From an uncultured Methanoregulaceae archaeon (GTDB lineage: Archaea; Halobacteriota; Methanomicrobia; Methanomicrobiales; Methanospirillaceae): a stretch of 64,000 nt of DNA. The DNA lies in the NCBI GenBank assembly GCA_963737635.1, contig CAVTTL010000001.1:2208001-2272000 (forward strand), in the 5' to 3' direction. The position numbers and the translations under genes are program-made. The notes beneath the pieces were generated by a model that had not been told where the DNA came from, searched no databases, and saw only the letters and a program-made list of their open reading frames with translations. Shown one piece after another: positions 62,131-64,000 of this stretch (position 1 is its first letter; the number at the start of each line of letters is the position of its first letter).

Positions 62131-62805
62131 GTGGCCATGGATACATATAATGCAGATCACGAGTCGCCGGAGCAGATTGCTCCGACTATACAAAAGAACT
62201 GCACAAGGCTCGGGGCACTCCGGACCCGGGGCGAACTCGGTGCAGCGCTTGCACAGATCGTACTGTTGTACTCACCCCGCGATATCCGGCAGTTGATGCT
62301 GAACTTCGGAAACACAATCCGGGACATCTCCCCGGAATACCGGGCGGAACTCGAAACGGCAATAACCGGTCACCTGATCGGGAGATACCAAGAGATCCGG
62401 CTCATGAGCCAGCAGGGCGCATTTGCACGGATGAAAGAACCGGTAACGGATGCAGAGAGATCCTACTGGAAGATGGTGAGTGTCCAATGCCGGCCTGGTG
62501 CGGGGAGTCTCCGGCTCCGATTTTTGAAATTCCTGCTTGCCGGTTTCTGTATGATTGTCCGGCAGGAGCCGGGTCACCCGGTCGGACTCCGGTTTCCCGG
62601 CGGCGACCGTGTCGAGCTTGTCGAAGGAGTGTATTACTGCCCGGTCCGGGAAAAGGCAAATGATGTCGATGCAGCCCTCTGCCCATTCTGTCCCGCACAG
62701 CAGACCCCGGCAGTCGGGTACTTAAAACCGCCGGTAAACGCAAGTGAGCACCGGAAGCAGGAGTTTATCGATAATTGTTACCGGTATCATAATTTCAACG
62801 GATAA
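62131..62805 (+). CDS. DUF2115-family methanogen protein
   Basis: EPGHPVG..FPGG, YYCPVR, CPFCPA. Confidence 0.85.
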   Translation: MAMDTYNADHESPEQIAPTIQKNCTRLGALRTRGELGAALAQIVLLYSPRDIRQLMLNFGNTIRDISPEYRAELETAITGHLIGRYQEIRLMSQQGAFARMKEPVTDAERSYWKMVSVQCRPGAGSLRLRFLKFLLAGFCMIVRQEPGHPVGLRFPGGDRVELVEGVYYCPVREKANDVDAALCPFCPAQQTPAVGYLKPPVNASEHRKQEFIDNCYRYHNFNG

Positions 62806-62937
62806 ATAAACCTGAACGGAAAGGTAGGAAACAATTGCCCTGCCTGCCACCAGACAGTACGGATCCGTTTTTTCGGAGAGATTCTCCGGTAAGAAAAATG
62901 CCGATATTCAAAAAAACAAGTCACTACATCTTGGGAC

Positions 62938-63594
62938 TTATTCCGGTTTTACGTCTTTGATCCATTCTGAGCCCGTTCGTTCAAGGAACCGGGAGGTCCG
63001 TTCCTTGGGTTCTGCATGGATCTTGTAGTGGGCAAGCAGGGCCCGTACACAATCCCGGGCTTCATCTGATGTCAATCCGGTGGCGACCTGTTCTCCCTGC
63101 CGTGATTTAAAACCGCTGTGCCCGCCAAAGAAAACAGTCCATCCTTTCGTGGTTCCCATAATACCGATATCCCTTACCCGGCTCTCCCCGCAACACCGCG
63201 GGCAGCCGGAAACGCCAATCTTGATCTTTGCCGGGAATTCCTGGCCCGCATATTCATCGGATATCTCCCGGGCGAGACTGACGGAATCCTGCGTGCCGTT
63301 TTTACAGTACGAAATGCCCGGGCAGGACTGGACATAGCGTACCCCGGGCGTTATGGATGCCGTCCCAAGCGCCCCAAGATCTCTTCTAACACTCGTAATA
63401 TCCTGTTCCTGAACGCCGACGAGAAGAAAGCGCTGGCCGGAGGTGATCTTGACCATGGGAATGGCGTATTTTTTTGCCACCCGCGCAATGGTTTCCAATT
63501 CGTCTGGCGTAACGACCCCCGCCGGTATCCGTGTCTGGATCGCATAGGTTTTCCCGTCCCTTTGAAGTTTTGCACCGTACGTGATATCGGTCAT
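62938..63594 (-). CDS. Nitrite/sulfite reductase ferredoxin-like (NIR_SIR) domain protein
   Basis: KITSGQR, SCPG..YC, KIGVSGCPRCC. Confidence 0.88.
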   Translation of the reverse strand: MTDITYGAKLQRDGKTYAIQTRIPAGVVTPDELETIARVAKKYAIPMVKITSGQRFLLVGVQEQDITSVRRDLGALGTASITPGVRYVQSCPGISYCKNGTQDSVSLAREISDEYAGQEFPAKIKIGVSGCPRCCGESRVRDIGIMGTTKGWTVFFGGHSGFKSRQGEQVATGLTSDEARDCVRALLAHYKIHAEPKERTSRFLERTGSEWIKDVKPE

Positions 63595-63908
63595 AATATT
63601 TCCCGGATTACGTCGTTTTTAGAGCATTATGAATTCATGGAATGTACATAGGTTCTCTCTACAAATGGCCAACCTGCCTCATCCATGATCTTAAAACAGC
63701 TCATAGAACTACTCGATTGTTGGTGTGAAATGTGTAGTGGTCGGCGGAAATATTTTATTGTTCCCTGAAAACGCTGAACTTAACCTCCTGTGACCACAAT
63801 AGATCTCCTGCCGGGTGCAGGATTGATAAACCGGGCCTCCCTAAATTCACAGTGCAACAAAGGAGACTCGTATATTAAAGACGTTTCATACAGATTTCCG
63901 GTGACTCT

Positions 63909-64000
63909 ATGACAGATCCTGTACCCTCGCTTGATTCCCCGTATCTCTACATTAACCGCGAATTGAGCTGGATCCGGTTCAACCATCATGTCCTGGAAGA
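63909..64000 (+). CDS. ppk1: Polyphosphate kinase 1, N-terminus (truncated by window edge)
   Basis: MTDPVPSLDSPYLYINRELSWIRFNHHVLE matches the PPK1 NRELSW motif; not in the supplied ORF track. Confidence 0.85.
   Translation, partial: MTDPVPSLDSPYLYINRELSWIRFNHHVLE

Noticed and set aside
63780-63989. 69-aa minus-strand ORF
   Set aside because: Overlaps the ppk1 start on the + strand, which has a clear family motif
1-64000. CRISPR array, rRNA, transposase or integrase genes
   Set aside because: No regularly spaced repeats and no recognisable motifs seen on reading the window

Overview
The window is chromosomal DNA from a methanogenic archaeon, most likely Methanomicrobiales (Methanoregula-like). 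The evidence is hypD, FmdE, DUF2115, an RFA-P-synthase-like GHMP protein, cimA/ilvBN, lineage-typical Ig-like surface proteins, a CCA-less tRNA and GGTGA/GGAGG ribosome-binding sites. Most of it is housekeeping, transport and signalling genes. Main points of interest: (1) an AT-rich accessory patch at ~690-3700, where a ~1.77 kb insert bounded by a 15-bp direct repeat sits in the 5' end of tRNA-Arg(CCG), with a trypsin-like protease inside and an Rx4H HEPN-like gene just downstream; (2) a candidate ~160-nt structured ncRNA at ~32557-32717; (3) a structured 5' leader on an Nramp-related/MgtE-like Mg2+ transport operon; (4) an operon joining an acetate channel (SatP), a soluble PAS chemoreceptor, CheW and a pseudo-receiver; (5) two paralogous PH-like/Zn-ribbon proteins. 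About a dozen genes are split by single-base frameshifts, many beside GTAC/AGCT or homopolymers, which points to long-read consensus errors rather than pseudogenes. No CRISPR array, rRNA, transposase or integrase was seen. All family calls come from motif recognition by eye, not from database searches.
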